Shown piece by piece: positions 20,821 through 33,308 of a stretch of DNA of 64,000 bases. Each line of letters begins with the position of its first letter. The first letter of the stretch is position 1. Source of the stretch: Scenedesmus sp. PABB004 (taxonomy: Eukaryota); the NCBI GenBank assembly GCA_014905635.1, contig CM026547.1:1302001-1366000 (forward strand). Reading direction: 5' to 3'. The notes beneath the pieces are model-generated. The model was given only the letters and a program-made list of their open reading frames with translations, did not search any database and was not told the origin of the DNA. The translations under genes were made by a program, and so were the position numbers.

Positions 20821-23271
20821 TCACATGCGCCCGCCGCTCCAGCCGCCCTTCACGGCGCTCCCCTGCCGCACCTCGGCCAGGCAGCCGTCGGCGTCGTACG
20901 CGCGCTCCACGAAGAGGCAGCTCCCGCTGTCGAGCAGCCAGTGCAGCCCCACCTGCAGCCCGCGCGCCGCAGGCGGCCCGCCGCCGTCGCCGCCGCCAGC
21001 GCCGTCGCCGCCGACGCCCCCGGTGGCGGCGGCACCATGCGGAACGTCGCCACCGCGCCGCCCGGCAGCCAGAACGAGCCGCCCGAGCCGTCGTCGTCCA
21101 GCTCCTCCGCCGCCGCTGCCGCCGGCGCGCCGGCGCCGTCGCTGCCGCCGCCGGCGCCGGCGCCGTTGGTCGCGGGCGCGCCGGGCGCGGGGGCGCGGCG
21201 CCGAGCGCGGCGCTGGGCGTGATGCCGGGCACGTGCCACTGCTGCCGCTCCTCGCGGCTGCTGTACACATACACCTCCTCCTCCTGCGCCGCCCCGCACA
21301 GCGCGCGCAGCGTCGGCACGGCGCGCGGCGGCGCGGACGCCCCGCCCTGCCCCGCCCCGCCCCGCCCCGGGCCCGGCGCGCGGCCCCGCGCGCCGCCGCT
21401 GCCGCGCCTGCAGGGTGTCGGGGTTCTCCTCCAGCACCGGGTTGACGGACACGACAAACACGTTCCAGCTGCCGCCCAGCGCCACGGGGCTGGGGCGCGG
21501 CAGGCCCGTGACGGGGAGGTCGAACTGGTGCGCCGGCAGCAGCTGCAGCACCTGCCCCGCGCCGCCCGCCGCGGCCGGCTGCGGCGCCGCGGCCGGCTGC
21601 GCCGCCGCCGCGGGCTGCAGCAGGCTCTCGCGGCGGCGCAGGCTGCCGCTCGTGCTCTCGGCCGTGCCGTACCAGTGCTCCTTGTACAGCAGCAGCCGCG
21701 CGACCTCGACGTCCAGCTCGGCCTCGCCCGGCGGCCGGCGCAGCTTGAGCGTGGCGACGAGGCGCAGCCGCGCGTCGCCGCCGGCCACGAGCGCCTGCTC
21801 GATGACCACCGTGCTGCACGGCAGCGACGCGACCGGGTCGGCGCCGCCCTCGTCGCCCTCGCCGCCCTCGTCGTCGTCGCCGGCCGCGGCCGCCAGAAAG
21901 GCCTCCGCGTCGTCGTCGTCCAGCTCAGGCGCGCCTGGCGCGCGGTCGGGCGGGCGGGCGCGGCGCGCGGCGGGCGCGGCGGGGCGCTCGGGCCGAGGCG
22001 GCGGCGCTCGGGCCGAGGCGGCGGCGCGCGGACGCGCGGCGCGGCCCGCGCACCCACGAACTCCGGCCCCGCCGAGTAGGACCCGCCGTTGAAGACCACG
22101 ACGCCGCCGCTGTTGTACGCGAGCGCCTCGCGCTCATCGTCCGCCGCGGCCGCCGGCGCCGCGTCGGCGTCGGCGCTGCCGCCGCCCGCCGCCGCCGCCG
22201 CCGCCGCTGCTGCCGCGGCCTTGGGCGCCGTGCCGCCGATGAGGCTCGCGACCGACGCGCTGCGCAGCGTGGTGCGCACGAGCGCGTCGGCGCCGCCGGG
22301 CTCGTCCGGCACCGCGCCGCGCGCCTCGCTCACGCGGCTGTAGGCGTGCAGCAGGTACGCGCCCGACGCGTCGGCCCACACGGGCTCGGGGTCGCCTGCG
22401 GCGCGGGCAGCGCGCCGCGCGGCGCGGCACGGCGGCGCGGCGCTCGGCGCGGCCCGGCGCGCTCCACGACGCGGGCGCGCGTGCCCGCGTGCGCGCGCGC
22501 GGACCTCCAAAGGGCGTGTAAGCGGCGTACTGCCCGAGCCACTCGCCCTCGCAGTGCCCCGCAAACGTGCCCCACAGCGGCGCCGGTACGACCTCCCAGC
22601 CCGACAGCTCGTCCTGCGGCGGCGGGCGCGGCACGTGGGCGGGCGCGGTGCGTGGGTGGGCGGACGACCTCCCCCCACGCTGGCGCCGCCGCTGCGGCGG
22701 CGACGCGCCGCCGCCGCTGGCAGCCGCTGCGCCGCGCCGCGCCGCGCCGCGCCGCGCCGCGCCGCGCCGCGCCGCGCCGCGCCCACCAGCAGCTGCGGCG
22801 TGAGCGGCGGCGTCAGCTTGTACTCGGGCGCCCGGGGGCGAGGCTTGGGCGCGAAGCCCTGCCCGCTTGGCGTGGAGGCTTTGACCGCGCCGCCCTTGCC
22901 CCCGCCGCCCCCCTTTGCAGGCTTGGCGCCGCCCTTGCCCTTGGCGCCGCCGTTGCCGGCGCCCTTGCTCTTGGCGCCGCTGTCACCGCCGCCACCGCGG
23001 CGTGCGTCGGGCCCGGCCGCCCAGGGGCTGTCGCCCTTCTTGGCAGCGGCCACTGCGGGCGACGGCGGGCACGCGTCGGCGGCGCGACGCCAGGCTCCTC
23101 CGCTGCTCGACGGGGCTTGCTGGCCCTGGCGTGTCGGGCCGCGTCAGCGCGGTCAGAGCACGTGACCGCACCTGAGGCGACGCGTGGGTGGCTGGCGGTG
23201 CGTGCCGCGGCCAGCTGCGCGCCCTGCCGCCGGCCAGCAGCCGCCGCTGCTGCCGGTCCGCCGCGCTGCAT
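20821..23271 (-). CDS. Putative plastid protein, DUF3598/calycin-like beta-barrel (5 exons)
   Basis: Transit-peptide-like N-terminus; WGTFAGHCEGEWLGQYAAY, VVFNGGSYSAGP, VIEQALVAGGDARLRLV, FWLPGG, VERAYDADGCLAEVR. Confidence 0.65.
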
Positions 23272-23549
23272 GCTGCAGCTCCGGCCGCGCCCGCGGCTCG
23301 CCGACCAAGTGATGCGCGTCTGTGGGAAGCGCGACGCAGGCTGTGACGATGCTGCCGCCGTGGGCTGCGCGTCTGGCTGCCGTGGTCGCCGCTCGCGCGT
23401 GCCGCAGTCCGACCCCCTGGTGTGCGCCGCCGCATGCGCGTGTGGGCATTCCACTGCGGGCGAGCGCTGAGCTCAGCACGAGCGCTGGCGGCCCGGCCAG
23501 GGCTTACACGCGCTGTGCCCTCGCGCCCCGAGCCCCACGCCGCCCGCGC

Positions 23550-25661
23550 TCACGCGGCCTCGCGCAGCGCCTCGGCGGCGTCGCGAACGGCGGACAGCAC
23601 GAGCCACAGCAGCCCCGGGTCATCCCTCGCGTAGACCAGCACCGCCTCCGCCCCGCCCGCCGCCGCGTCCCACGGCTCGTGCCGGTCGACAAAGCCCGCC
23701 AGCAGCAGCAGCTCTCGCGCAGCGGGCAGCGCGCCGAAGCGCCGCTGGAAGGCGGGCTTCGCCACGCGCAGCCGCCGGAAGCGGGCCTCCTGGGACTGCG
23801 CGAGCGCGGCGAGGACGCCCGCCACGTCCTCGCACGCCGCGAGATGGGCGCGCGGCGAGCCCGCCTGCTGGCCCAGCTCGGCCAGCAGCGTGCGCGCGCG
23901 CGCCAGCTTGAGCGCGGCGACGTCGCCGTCCCCGCCGCCGCCCACGGCAGCGACGTCCGCGTCGGGGGGCAGCCCGAGCTGAGGCCCCGACGGCGGCCGC
24001 GCTGGCGCCTGCGGCTGCGACGCCGCCCGCGTCGCCGGCTGCGGCGCCTGCGTCGGCTCTGCTCGCTGCGGCGGCTGCTGCACCTGCTGCGCAGCTGCCT
24101 GCTGTGCAACTGGCGCCGGCTGCTGGGGCCCCAGCTGCTGCCCCTGCTCGCCCTCGTCGTCCTGGCTGCCCAGGCGCCGCATCGCCTCCTCGGCCGCCGC
24201 CGTGCTCTCGTCCACGTCGCTGACCTCGCCGCTGCTGCTGACGTCGTCGCCGCCGCCGCCGCCGCCGCCGGCGTCGACATCGTCCGCGGGCTGCACCTGC
24301 GTGCCCTGCGCCTGCTGCCGCTCGCCGCCCAGCTGCCAGCGCGCCAGCGCGGCGGCGGCGGCCGACTCGCGCGCGCCCAGCGCGCCGCCGACCGCCGCCG
24401 TGCCGCCCGCGCCCGCGAGCGTGCGGCCTGCAGGTGGCGGCGCGGCGCCCAGCTGCTGCTGCTCGTCGCCGTCGTCGCCCAGCCACGCACCGCTGAACAC
24501 GTCGCCGCCCGCGAGCGTGCGCCCCGCGCCGGCGGCCGCCTCGTGCGCCGCGACCTCGCGCAGCAGCTCGCTGTTGAGCGCCTTGAACCGCGCGTCGTGC
24601 TCGTCGTGCTCCTGCGACGCCGGCGCGGGTCGGACGCGCGGGTCAGACGCGCCCGCCGCGGCGCGGCGCTCGGGTGTGCGTGGGCCGCTGTCACGCGCGC
24701 GCGCGCAGGCCCGCGCCTCGGAGCGCGAGCCGCGGCCGCACCATGTGCGCGAGCTCGTGCACCAGCGTCTCGCGGATACGCAGGTACTTGCGGAAGCCGC
24801 GGAGGTCGTCGGTGCGCAGGCGCAGCGCGATGACCTGGCCGCGGTTCACGTTGTAGCCCAGCACGCAGACCGCGCTGATGCCGACGCGGCCCGCCGGCGG
24901 CATCTCCTCGAGCACGCCCACGCGCCAGCGCCGCGACGCCATCACCGCGGCGACCGCGGGGTCGGCCCCCAGCCGCGCGAGCAGCGCCGCCGCCGCCGCC
25001 GCGCTGGGCGCGCCGCGCGGCGCGCCGGGCGGCAGCGGCAGCGCCCGGAAGCCGCCGAAGCAGTGCGGGCCCGGCGGCGCCGCGCCGCCCGCCGCGCCGC
25101 GCCGCCGGCGCGCCGCGGCCGCCTCGTGCTCGAAGCTGGGCAGGCGCAGCGCCGCCGCCGCGGCGCCGCCCGCCTCCACCGCCGCGAGCTCGGACGCGAG
25201 GCTGCCCAGCAGCAGCAGCCGCGCCCCCGGCTGCGCGCCTGCGCGAGGGCGGCGGGCGCGAGGGCGGCGGGCGCGAGGGCGGCGGGCGTTTCATGTCGTG
25301 CCGCGCATGACATGAAGTGCCGCGCGGGAGCGGCGCGCTGTCCATGCGCGGCGCTCGCTCAGCCGCGGCGCGCGGCGGCACGCGCCGTTCCGTCCGCATC
25401 GCTAAGCTCACCTGCGTCCGCGAGGCGCGCCTCGGGCTCCGACGCGAGCGCGAGCGGGCGGCGGCGGCCGGGCAGCAGCATTTGCACCGTGCGCGCTGCG
25501 ACGCCCTGCGGCAGCGCGGCGAGCACGTCCCCGGCGCGGGCGGCGGCATCGAACGGGCCCAGTTCCTTTCCGCGAAAAACGACGGTGAACGTCGACGAGG
25601 CGTCCCGCGGCGACGCCGCTGCGAGCGGCGCTGCCGCGGCCTCTTGCGCAGGGCACGTCAT
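23550..25661 (-). CDS. Ubiquitin-like + WLM (Wss1-like metalloprotease) + PUB domain protein
   Basis: RWRVGVLEEMPP, CVLGYNVNRGQVIALRLRTDDLRGFRKY..IRETLVHELAHM (HExxH); C-terminal EARFRRLRVAKPAFQRRFG...ELLLLAGF (PUB); N-terminal UBL-like FTVVFRGKE. Confidence 0.9.
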
Positions 25662-25939
25662 GAGGGGTTTCCCCGACGTCAAGTCGTGTCGCGCGCACCC
25701 CGGTTGTGGGGCGGCGGGCAGGGAGCGGCGAGTTGGCGGCGGCGGGCGAGCGGCCCGTCACGACGGCGGCGGTGCACCGCCGCCGCCCGGCGCGCGCTGA
25801 GGCGCTCTGGCTGTCCGGTTGCAGCCAGACGCGACGGGCCCTGGTCCGCACGGAGCCGCGCAGGGCTCCCGGCGCGGCCGCAGCGAGCCCGCAGCACCGA
25901 TCGGGCGCGCGGCGCCGGCGCGCTGCCAAGGCTCTCGCG

Positions 25940-26874
25940 ATGGCGCGGCTGGTGGCACTGGCGCTGCTGCTGGCGGGCTTCCTCAGCGGCACGGCCGCTC
26001 GCGAGGTAGCAGCGCAACCTTCGGGCTCGCCGCGCGCGCGCAGGCGCGGGGAGCAGCGCCTGCAGGTGCTCCCGGGAGCGCAAGTAGGTCGCGGGGCACC
26101 TTCTCGCGCCGCGCGGCGCTGCACGGGCGCACGGGGCCAGCGGCGGGGGGCGTCCTTGGCTGCCGCGCTGCCGCCGACGCCGCGGCGCCCGCCGCCACGC
26201 GGCGCCCAGGATCGCGACGACGCGTCGGCACAGGAGCTGATTGACGTCACCGGCCGCTGGACGGGTGCGGCGGCGGGCGGCGGGCGGCGGGCGCGGCGCG
26301 GCCGCGCCAGGCGTGCGCCGCGCCGCCAGCGCAGCGCCCAACCCTGGACGAGCGCGCGACGCCGCCGCGGCCGCCTGCGCGCGCGCCCGCCTCCCAGGCA
26401 CCTGGACCCGCCTGCCGGCGCCGCACGCGGGCGAGCCGTGGCCGGCCCTGGGGCACGCGGCGTGGCAGCCCGGCGGCGCGCGCGCCACGGTGCTGGTTGA
26501 GGCGCTGTCGGGCCGGCTGCTGATGGAGCTCAGCGCCGGGCCGAACGACGGCGTGCAGCTCGCCGGCGTCGAGGTGGGCCGCGCGAGCTGTGCCGCGCGC
26601 GCCAGCCGCGCCGCGCCCAGCCGCCGCGCCCGGTCGCCGCGCCCACCCACGCGCCCGGTCGCCGCGCCCACCCACCCGCCCGCCGCCGCGCCGCCCCCGC
26701 CGCCTCGCCCGCGCAGGGCGTGCTGCACCTGTCGGAGGGCGCGCTGGTGCTGGGCCCGGGGCTGAAGCGCCTGGGGCTGTCGGGCATCACGCGCGTCGGG
26801 CCCACGGGCAGCCAGGCGCTGCATGCAGTGCTGCAGCCCAATGAGCCGGTGACCGCACCCTCGCGCAACGGCAG

Positions 26875-26906
<32 letters not shown>

Positions 26907-29768
26907 GCGGCAGCCGGCAGGCGCCCCAGAAGCGCGGCAAGGCCAAGGCGCTGGCAGTCGCGGGCGGCCGGCCGCGCGCGCACCGGCAGAAGGCCGCGCG
27001 CGGCCAGCCGGCGGCGGCGGCCACAGCGGCGCCGACGGCGGCGACGGCGGCGGCCGCGGCAGCGGCGCAGCAGCTGGCCAAGCGCCCGCTGCGCGGCCGC
27101 GTCGCGCCCGCCGTCGGGGGCAGGCGCGGCGGCGGCCAGGAACCTGCCGGCGGCAGCGCTGCCAGCTCGGCAGGCGAGGCCACCATGGTCCGATGCCACT
27201 TCAGGCTCGAGCTCGCCATCAGCGCCAGCGCCGACACGGGCGGCGGCGCGCCCGACGCCGGCGCCGGCGCCGGCGCCGGCGCCGGCGCCGGCGCGGGCGC
27301 AGGCACCGGCGCGCGGTCGATCAAGGCGCTGGACGCCGAGGCGCCGGAGCCGGGGGCGGCGGCGGCGGCGGCGAACAGCGACGACGCGGAGCACCGGCTC
27401 GCGGCGGCCGAGGCCGCGGCCGTGGCGGCGGTGGAGGCGGCCGGTGCGGCGGCGGCCGCCGCCGCCGAGGCGGCCGTGGCCGCGGCCGCGGCGATCGACG
27501 CGGCCGAGGCGGCCGCGGCGGGCATCGACGGCCACCGCACCATGATGCGCTCGCTGCTGGCGCGCGGCGGCCTGCCCGGCCTGCAGCGCATCGGGCTCGC
27601 GCCCGACGGCCCGCCGCTCGACGGCGGCGCGGCGGGCGCCGAGGCCGCGGCGGGCGCGGAGCGCGTGCTCGCGCAGCGGGCGCTCGGGGGCGGGGACGGC
27701 GCACCCGGCGGCGGCCGCCGCCAGCGCGGCGGCGGCGCGCCGCCGGCGCCGGGGCCGCTGTCGCTGATCGACCACTTGCTGCTGCCCTGCAGCCACCCGC
27801 TGCAGCGCGCCGCGCCGCGCTGCGCGGCGGCGACCGCGGCGCGCGCGCAGCAGCGGCTCGTGCTGCACGGGCTGCTGCTCAGTGACAATTGCCACGCGGG
27901 CTGGGCGCTCACCGCGGTCGCGCTGCCCCGGGCGGCAGCGAGCGCGAGGCGCTCGCGTACGCGGTCGTCGCCCTCGCGCTCTGCCTGGCCCAGGTCGTCA
28001 CGCTGCGCCGCCAGGCGCGCGCGGTCGCCGCGAGCCCCGCTGCGGCGCTTCGCGTGTCGCTCGTCGGCGTGTGGTGCGTCCGCGCGGCGCGGCGCGGCGC
28101 GGGGTGCCGCCGCGCCGCAGCGCGCGCGGGCCCGCAGCGCTGCGCCGCTCACGCCCCCGCCGCCGCCCCGCCGCCGCTCGGCGCGCACGCGCACAGCGCG
28201 GGCTCGCAGCTCGACGCCTTCCTGAGCATGGCCCATCTCGCGGCGGCGCTCGCGGTGCCCAACTGCAGCCTCCCGCTGCTCGTGGTGGCCGCGGCGCAGT
28301 TTGCGCTCTTCGTGGGCGCCGACCTCACGCTGCTCGTGCACGTCTGGCGCGCGCACAACAGCAGCCAGCACGCGCAGCGCGTGGCGGCGGCGCAGTCTGC
28401 CGCGGCCGCGGCCGCGGCGGCGGCCGCCGGCCTCGGCGACCGCAGCGGCGGCGCGCCCGAACCGCCGCGCGCGCCCCGCCCGAGCTGGCCGCTGCTCTCC
28501 GCGGCGGCGGCCGCTGCCGCGCGCCAGCTGCAGGCGCAGGCCGAGGGCTGGCGCGCGCTCGCCGGCGGCGGCGGCCCGGGCGCCGGCGGCGCCGCCGCCG
28601 GCGCCGCCGCGTCGCTGCCGGTGGTGGACGCGCTCGTCGCGGGCGTGCTGCAGCTCGCCACCGCGCGCAGCCTGGTTGCGCTGTACGCGCGCTTCTACCT
28701 GGTGCTGCTCGCGGGTGCGCGCGGTGTCACGCGGGTGCTGGCCGGCGCGCGGCGGCGTGCGCCGCGCGGCAGGGGCAGCAAGGGCGGCGGGAGCGCGCGC
28801 GGCCGCGCCGACCGACCCCCGCCAACCCGCGCCGACCCGCCGACGCGCGCGCAGCCGCGGCGCTCTCCATGTGCCTCGCGGCGCAGGTGCCGCTGCTGCT
28901 GGCAGCGGTCTTTTCGTTCTGGGTGCCGCAGATCCTGCACAGCGTGGCGCACAGCGCGCGGCAGCCGCTGTCGCCGGCGCACGTGCTCGCCGCGAGCGCG
29001 GCGCGGCTGCTGCTGCCCGTGTATCTCACCGCCTGGCCCGGCAACGTGCTGCAGCTGCCCGCGCATCCGCTGCTCGCGCGCGTGCTGCTGGCCTGGGTGG
29101 GGCTGCAGGCCGCGGCGCTGCTCGGGCAGCACTTCTTTGGGCCCCACGCCTGGGTGCCGGCGGGCCTGCGCCCGGCCGCGTACAACTGGCACAGGCCCGA
29201 GCTGCCCTGGAAGTTCCGGGCGGCCGCGGCGGCGGCCAAGGCGGCGGCGTGCGCCAGCAGCGGCGAGCTGCTGGCGCTGGGCCGCGCCGGCGCGCCGCGC
29301 GGCGGCGGCTGCTGCAGCAGCAGCTCCAGCAGCAGCAGCCTGGCGCGCAGCGTCGGCGATGAGAGTGCGGGCCTCGCGTGGCCCGCGCCCGCGGCGGGCC
29401 TGGACGTCGGCGCCGCCGGCGGCGCCGACGGCGCGGGGGCGTGGCTGCACGCCGCCGCCGCGCGCCCGGCCGCGGCGGCGGCGCGCGGCTGCTGCGCCGG
29501 CGGCGGCTGCGGCGGCTGGGGCTGCGCGCGCTGCGGCGGCGGCGGCGGCGGCGGCGGGTGGCTGCACGACGTCGTCGAGAGCTACGACGCCGCCACGGGC
29601 GCGGGCGCGGTCGAGTGCTGCGTCTGCATGGACGCCGTGCCGCTGCTCCCCCTGCGCGCGCGCCTTGTCACGCCCTGCGGGCACTTCTTCCACGCGGCCT
29701 GCCTCGCGAGCTGGATGGACGTCAAGGCCCAGTGCCCCACCTGCCGCGGCCCGCTGCCGCCGCTGTGA
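25940..29768 (+). CDS. Transmembrane RING-H2 E3 ubiquitin ligase, Tul1/FLY1 family; one apparent frameshift near 27929
   Basis: Signal peptide; LLSDNC; RVSLVGV; LDAFLSMAHL; SFWVPQI; RLLLPVY; QHFFGPHAWVP; C-terminal CCVCM...LVTPCGHFFHAACLASWMDVKAQCPTCRGPLPPL. Confidence 0.9.
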
Positions 29769-30119
29769 ACGCGGCCGCGCGCGGGCGCGCGCGCGGGGGG
29801 CGCTGGGCCGCGCGACGGAGCGTGCCTGCGCGGGAGAGCGAGCGAGTGCTAGCGGCGCTTGGAGTTGGTCGCCCCCTCTCGAGGCGGCGGCGCGCGCGCC
29901 TGTGCGCCCGCCCCACCCTCGGCGCGCGGGCGCATCGGCGGACGAATGACTGTACATAGCATGGAGGTGGAGGCGCGTGGCGCTGGCTGCAGCAGCAGCG
30001 CGGGACCTGTGTCCCTCGGCGGTGTACCAACAGGCAGAGGCTGTACTTGAGTAATTGGTTAGGGGTTGGCCGGTGCCGCCCTCACCCGGCACGCACGTTG
30101 CGGGCGGTGTGCTCACGCA

Positions 30120-30737
30120 GGGCCAGGCGCGCAGACGGCCGCTCGCAGCGCGTTCGTGTGCCTGCGGCGCCACGCCAGGCCGCGTGCGCGGGGCGCGCAA
30201 AGTTCAAAGCAGTTCGCCCTCGCTGCTGGGCGCCTTGCTCGGCCGGCGCCGGCCGCCGCGCAGCGCACGCGCTACTGCGGCGTGGCCGTGGTCGTGGCGG
30301 GCGCCCGCCGCCGCAGCAGCGGCGCCGCACGGCGCCCGCGCTCCAGGCCGGGCGCCAGCGCAGCACCAGCCAGGGGCACTGGGCTGCTCATGCCTGCCCC
30401 GACCAGGGGGCCTGGCCCGCGCCCGGCCACCCGGTGCAGAGCGCGGCGGCGTCGGCGGCGTCGGCGGCGGCGCCAGCAGCGCCCGCGGCCGCGGCTGCGG
30501 CGGAGCGGCACGGCGCGCGGCCAGCACGCCTTCAGCGAGCCCAGAGAACAGCCAGCTTGAGAGGGTTTGAGCTCGCCGCGGTTTAGCCTTGGCAGAGGAG
30601 CCTGGATCTGCGCCCTTTTCGGCGCGCGCGCCCGCCCCGACGCCAGCTGCGCCCCCGAGCCTCCATCCCCCGCCCCTCCGCCCGCGCAACTCACGCCCAG
30701 CCCGGCACCATGAACACCCTCGCGTCCCGCTGCGCCC
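30120..30737 (+). repeat. Left arm of a ~620-bp inverted duplication (psbW upstream region plus first 9 codons)
   Basis: Near-identical to the reverse complement of 32383-32995, e.g. AAGTTCAAAGCAGTTCGCCC and GAGGGTTTGAGCTCGCCGCGGTTTAGCCTTGGCAGAGGAG. Confidence 0.95.
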
Positions 30738-31763
30738 AGCGCTCGGTGGTGAAGGCCACCCCGGGTGCGCGGCGCTGGCGGCTGGAGGGCGAGGCCATGC
30801 GCGCAATTCGGGCGCCGCCGCTGACGCGCGCCCGCCCCGCCCGCAGCCCGCGCCCAGAAGGCGATGGTCGTGCGCGGTGAGCCCCCGCGCCGCGCCGGGG
30901 GGCCGTCGGGCGTGATCCGCCGGTCCCCGCGCTCACGGGCCCTCCGCCCACCCCTCCGCGCCCGCCGCGCAGGCGCCGTGAAGGCGCAGGCCGCCAAGTC
31001 CGAGATGGCCAAGAAGGCCGCTGCTGCTGTCGCCGGCCTGCCCGCCCTCGTGGCCGCCAGCCCCGCGTTCGCGCTGGTGCGTGCCGCGCGCGCGCGCCGG
31101 GCGCGCCGAGGCGGCGTGCGCGCGCTCGCGCCGGCAGCGGCGGTGGCAGCAGCAGCGGCAGCGCAGCGTGGCCCGCCTGCGCCCGCGCGCCATGCGCGCG
31201 AGCGAGGGGCCCGCCAGCGCGCCGACCGGCCGCGGGCCAGCCAGGGCGCGCACCAGGCCGCGGCGCCGTCAGCCGCGGGCCACGCTGGCGCAGCAGCAGC
31301 CACGGCCGCGCGCGCGCGCGTGCGCGCCTGCCCTCGGGCCGCCCGCGCCAGATCGCGGCAGCTGCTGGCGCGCCCGCCACGGCCGCGTCGCGCGCCGCCG
31401 ATCCTCTCTGACCCGGCCCGCGCCGCGCGCCACGCCGCGTCCCCGCGCGCCGCAGGTGGACGACCGCCTCAACGGCGACGGCGTCGGCTACGCGCTGGGC
31501 GTGAACGAGCCCGTGCTCGGCTGGGTGATCGGCGGCGTGGCGAGCCTCATCTGGATCGTCTACTTCATCGCCCAGCGCGACTTTGGTGCGCGCAGCACGC
31601 TCGCGCACTGCACAGCACAGCGCGCGCGGCGGCGCGCGCGCGCGCGCGCGCGCCGCGTCGCCCGCGCGCCCGCGTAGACGCCTCCCCCTCGCCCGCCCGC
31701 GCCCGCGCGCGCGCGCGCGCGCCAGGCGACTTCGAGGACAAGGACAGCGGCGTGGGCCTGTGA
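30710..31763 (+). CDS. PSBW: Photosystem II reaction centre protein PsbW (5 exons)
   Basis: MNTLASRCAQRSVVK..., thylakoid signal ending AASPAFA, mature LVDDRLNGDGVGYALGVNEPVLGWVIGGVASLIWIVYF...GDFEDKDSGVGL. Confidence 0.93.
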
Positions 31764-32382
31764 AGCGCGCGCGGGCGGCAGCAGCAGTGGTTGGGCTAGG
31801 ATGAGGCGTCGGTAGGCCGAGCAGCGCGGCCGCGCCGCCGCCGTGCCGCGGGGCGCTGGAGCAGCGGGGTGCCGGCGCCCCCTGCAGCGCCTGCCGACCC
31901 GGCGCGGCGCGCGGCCGGCTGCTCAGGGTGGAGGGCGCGAGGCTCGCGGTGGGCCGGCACGCGCGCGCGCGCTCGCGGGGCCGGGCGCGCCGACGTGGTC
32001 GGCCGCCCGTGCTGTACCCACTGCCCGCGGCGCGCGCGAGCGCCGCCGTCCCGGCGGGGCCTGGCTGCTCGCGGCCGCCGCACGCGGCGCGTCTGCCGCG
32101 GCGGCGGCCGCGAGGCAGCAAACTGGGGGGCGGTGCGGGCGCACGCCGCTCGGTAAACAACCCCTCACTCAGTCCGCGGGGCCGCCGAGGCGTCGCGCGT
32201 GGGGCGGGGCATGGGCGCGCGCGCGCCTTGGCTCTCTCCGCGACGCCGCCCGCCGCACGCGCGGCGCGGCCGACGCTGCCTGCGATGCAGCTCTGCCGCG
32301 CGGCCCATCGCGAGCAGCTCGCCGCGCTGGCGGCGCGCGCCGCCGCCTCGGCCGCCGCCGCGGGCGCGCGCCCTCCAGCCGC

Positions 32383-32995
32383 GGGCGCAGCGGGACGCGA
32401 GGGTGTTCATGGTGCCGGGCTGGGCGTGCGCGGGCGGAGGGGCGGGGGATGGAGGCTCGGGGGCGCAGCTGGCCGCGGGGCGGGCGCGCGCACCGAAAAG
32501 GGCGCAGATCCAGGCTCCTCTGCCAAGGCTAAACCGCGGCGAGCTCAAACCCTCTCAAGCTGGCTGTTCTCTGGGCTCTCTGAAGGCGTGCTGGCCGCGC
32601 GCCGTGCCGCTCCGCCGCAGCCGCGGCCGCGGGCGCTGCTGGCGCCGCCGCCGACGCCGCCGACGCCGCCGCGCTCTGCACCGGGTGGCCGGGCGCGGGC
32701 CAGGCCCCCTGGTCGGGGCAGGCATGAGCAGCCCAGTGCCCCTGGCTGGTGCTGCGCTGGCGCCCGGCCTGGAGCGCGGGCGCCGTGCGGCGCCGCTGCT
32801 GCGGCGGCGGGCGCCCGCCACGACCACGGCCACGCCGCAGTAGCGCGTGCGCTGCGCGGCGGCCGGCGCCGGCCGAGCAAGGCGCCCAGCAGCGAGGGCG
32901 AACTGCTTTGAACTTTGCGCGCCCCGCGCACGCGGCCCGGCGTGGCGCCGCAGGCACGCGAACGCACTGCGAGCGGCCGTCTGCGCGCCTGGCCC
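32383..32995 (-). repeat. Right arm of the inverted duplication, containing a truncated psbW 5' fragment (MNTLASRCA)
   Basis: Reverse complement of 30120-30737 with scattered substitutions; homology resumes briefly (GCGGCTGGAGGGC) after a ~40-bp deletion. Confidence 0.95.
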
Positions 32996-33308
32996 GCCGC
33001 CCGAGCCCGAAGGCGCCGCGCCGGGCCCCGCACGCCGCCCGCACGTTGTCACAATGACAGGGGGCGCGCCCCGCGCTGCTGGCCCTCGCAGCCCGCGGCG
33101 CCTGCCGGACGCGACTCCAGCCGTGCGCCCCCATCCAGCCTCGCTTCCCACGCTTTCCGCGCCAGCCGTCGCCGCCTCGTGCCCCTCGCGGCGCCGCTGC
33201 CTCCTCGAGCCGGCCAGGGACGGGCACGCGGTGTCCTTGTCGTCACCGGCGGCGTGCGAACTGAGCGCTGCAGCAGCAGCCGCCAGCAGCGTCGCCGCGG
33301 CCGCAGAG

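Noticed and set aside
27925..27935. Pseudogenisation or programmed frameshift of the Tul1/FLY ligase
   Set aside because: One base is missing in a C run (CTG CCC CG GGC) with intact coding sequence on both sides, typical of a homopolymer consensus error.
32165..32548. Second functional psbW copy on the minus strand
   Set aside because: Only nine codons match; a deletion removes the rest of exon 1 and its donor, and no mature PsbW sequence follows.
30120..32995. Pack-MULE or foldback transposon carrying psbW
   Set aside because: The arms are psbW's own upstream and coding sequence, the ends are ragged, and no TSD or transposase is seen; duplication/inversion fits better.
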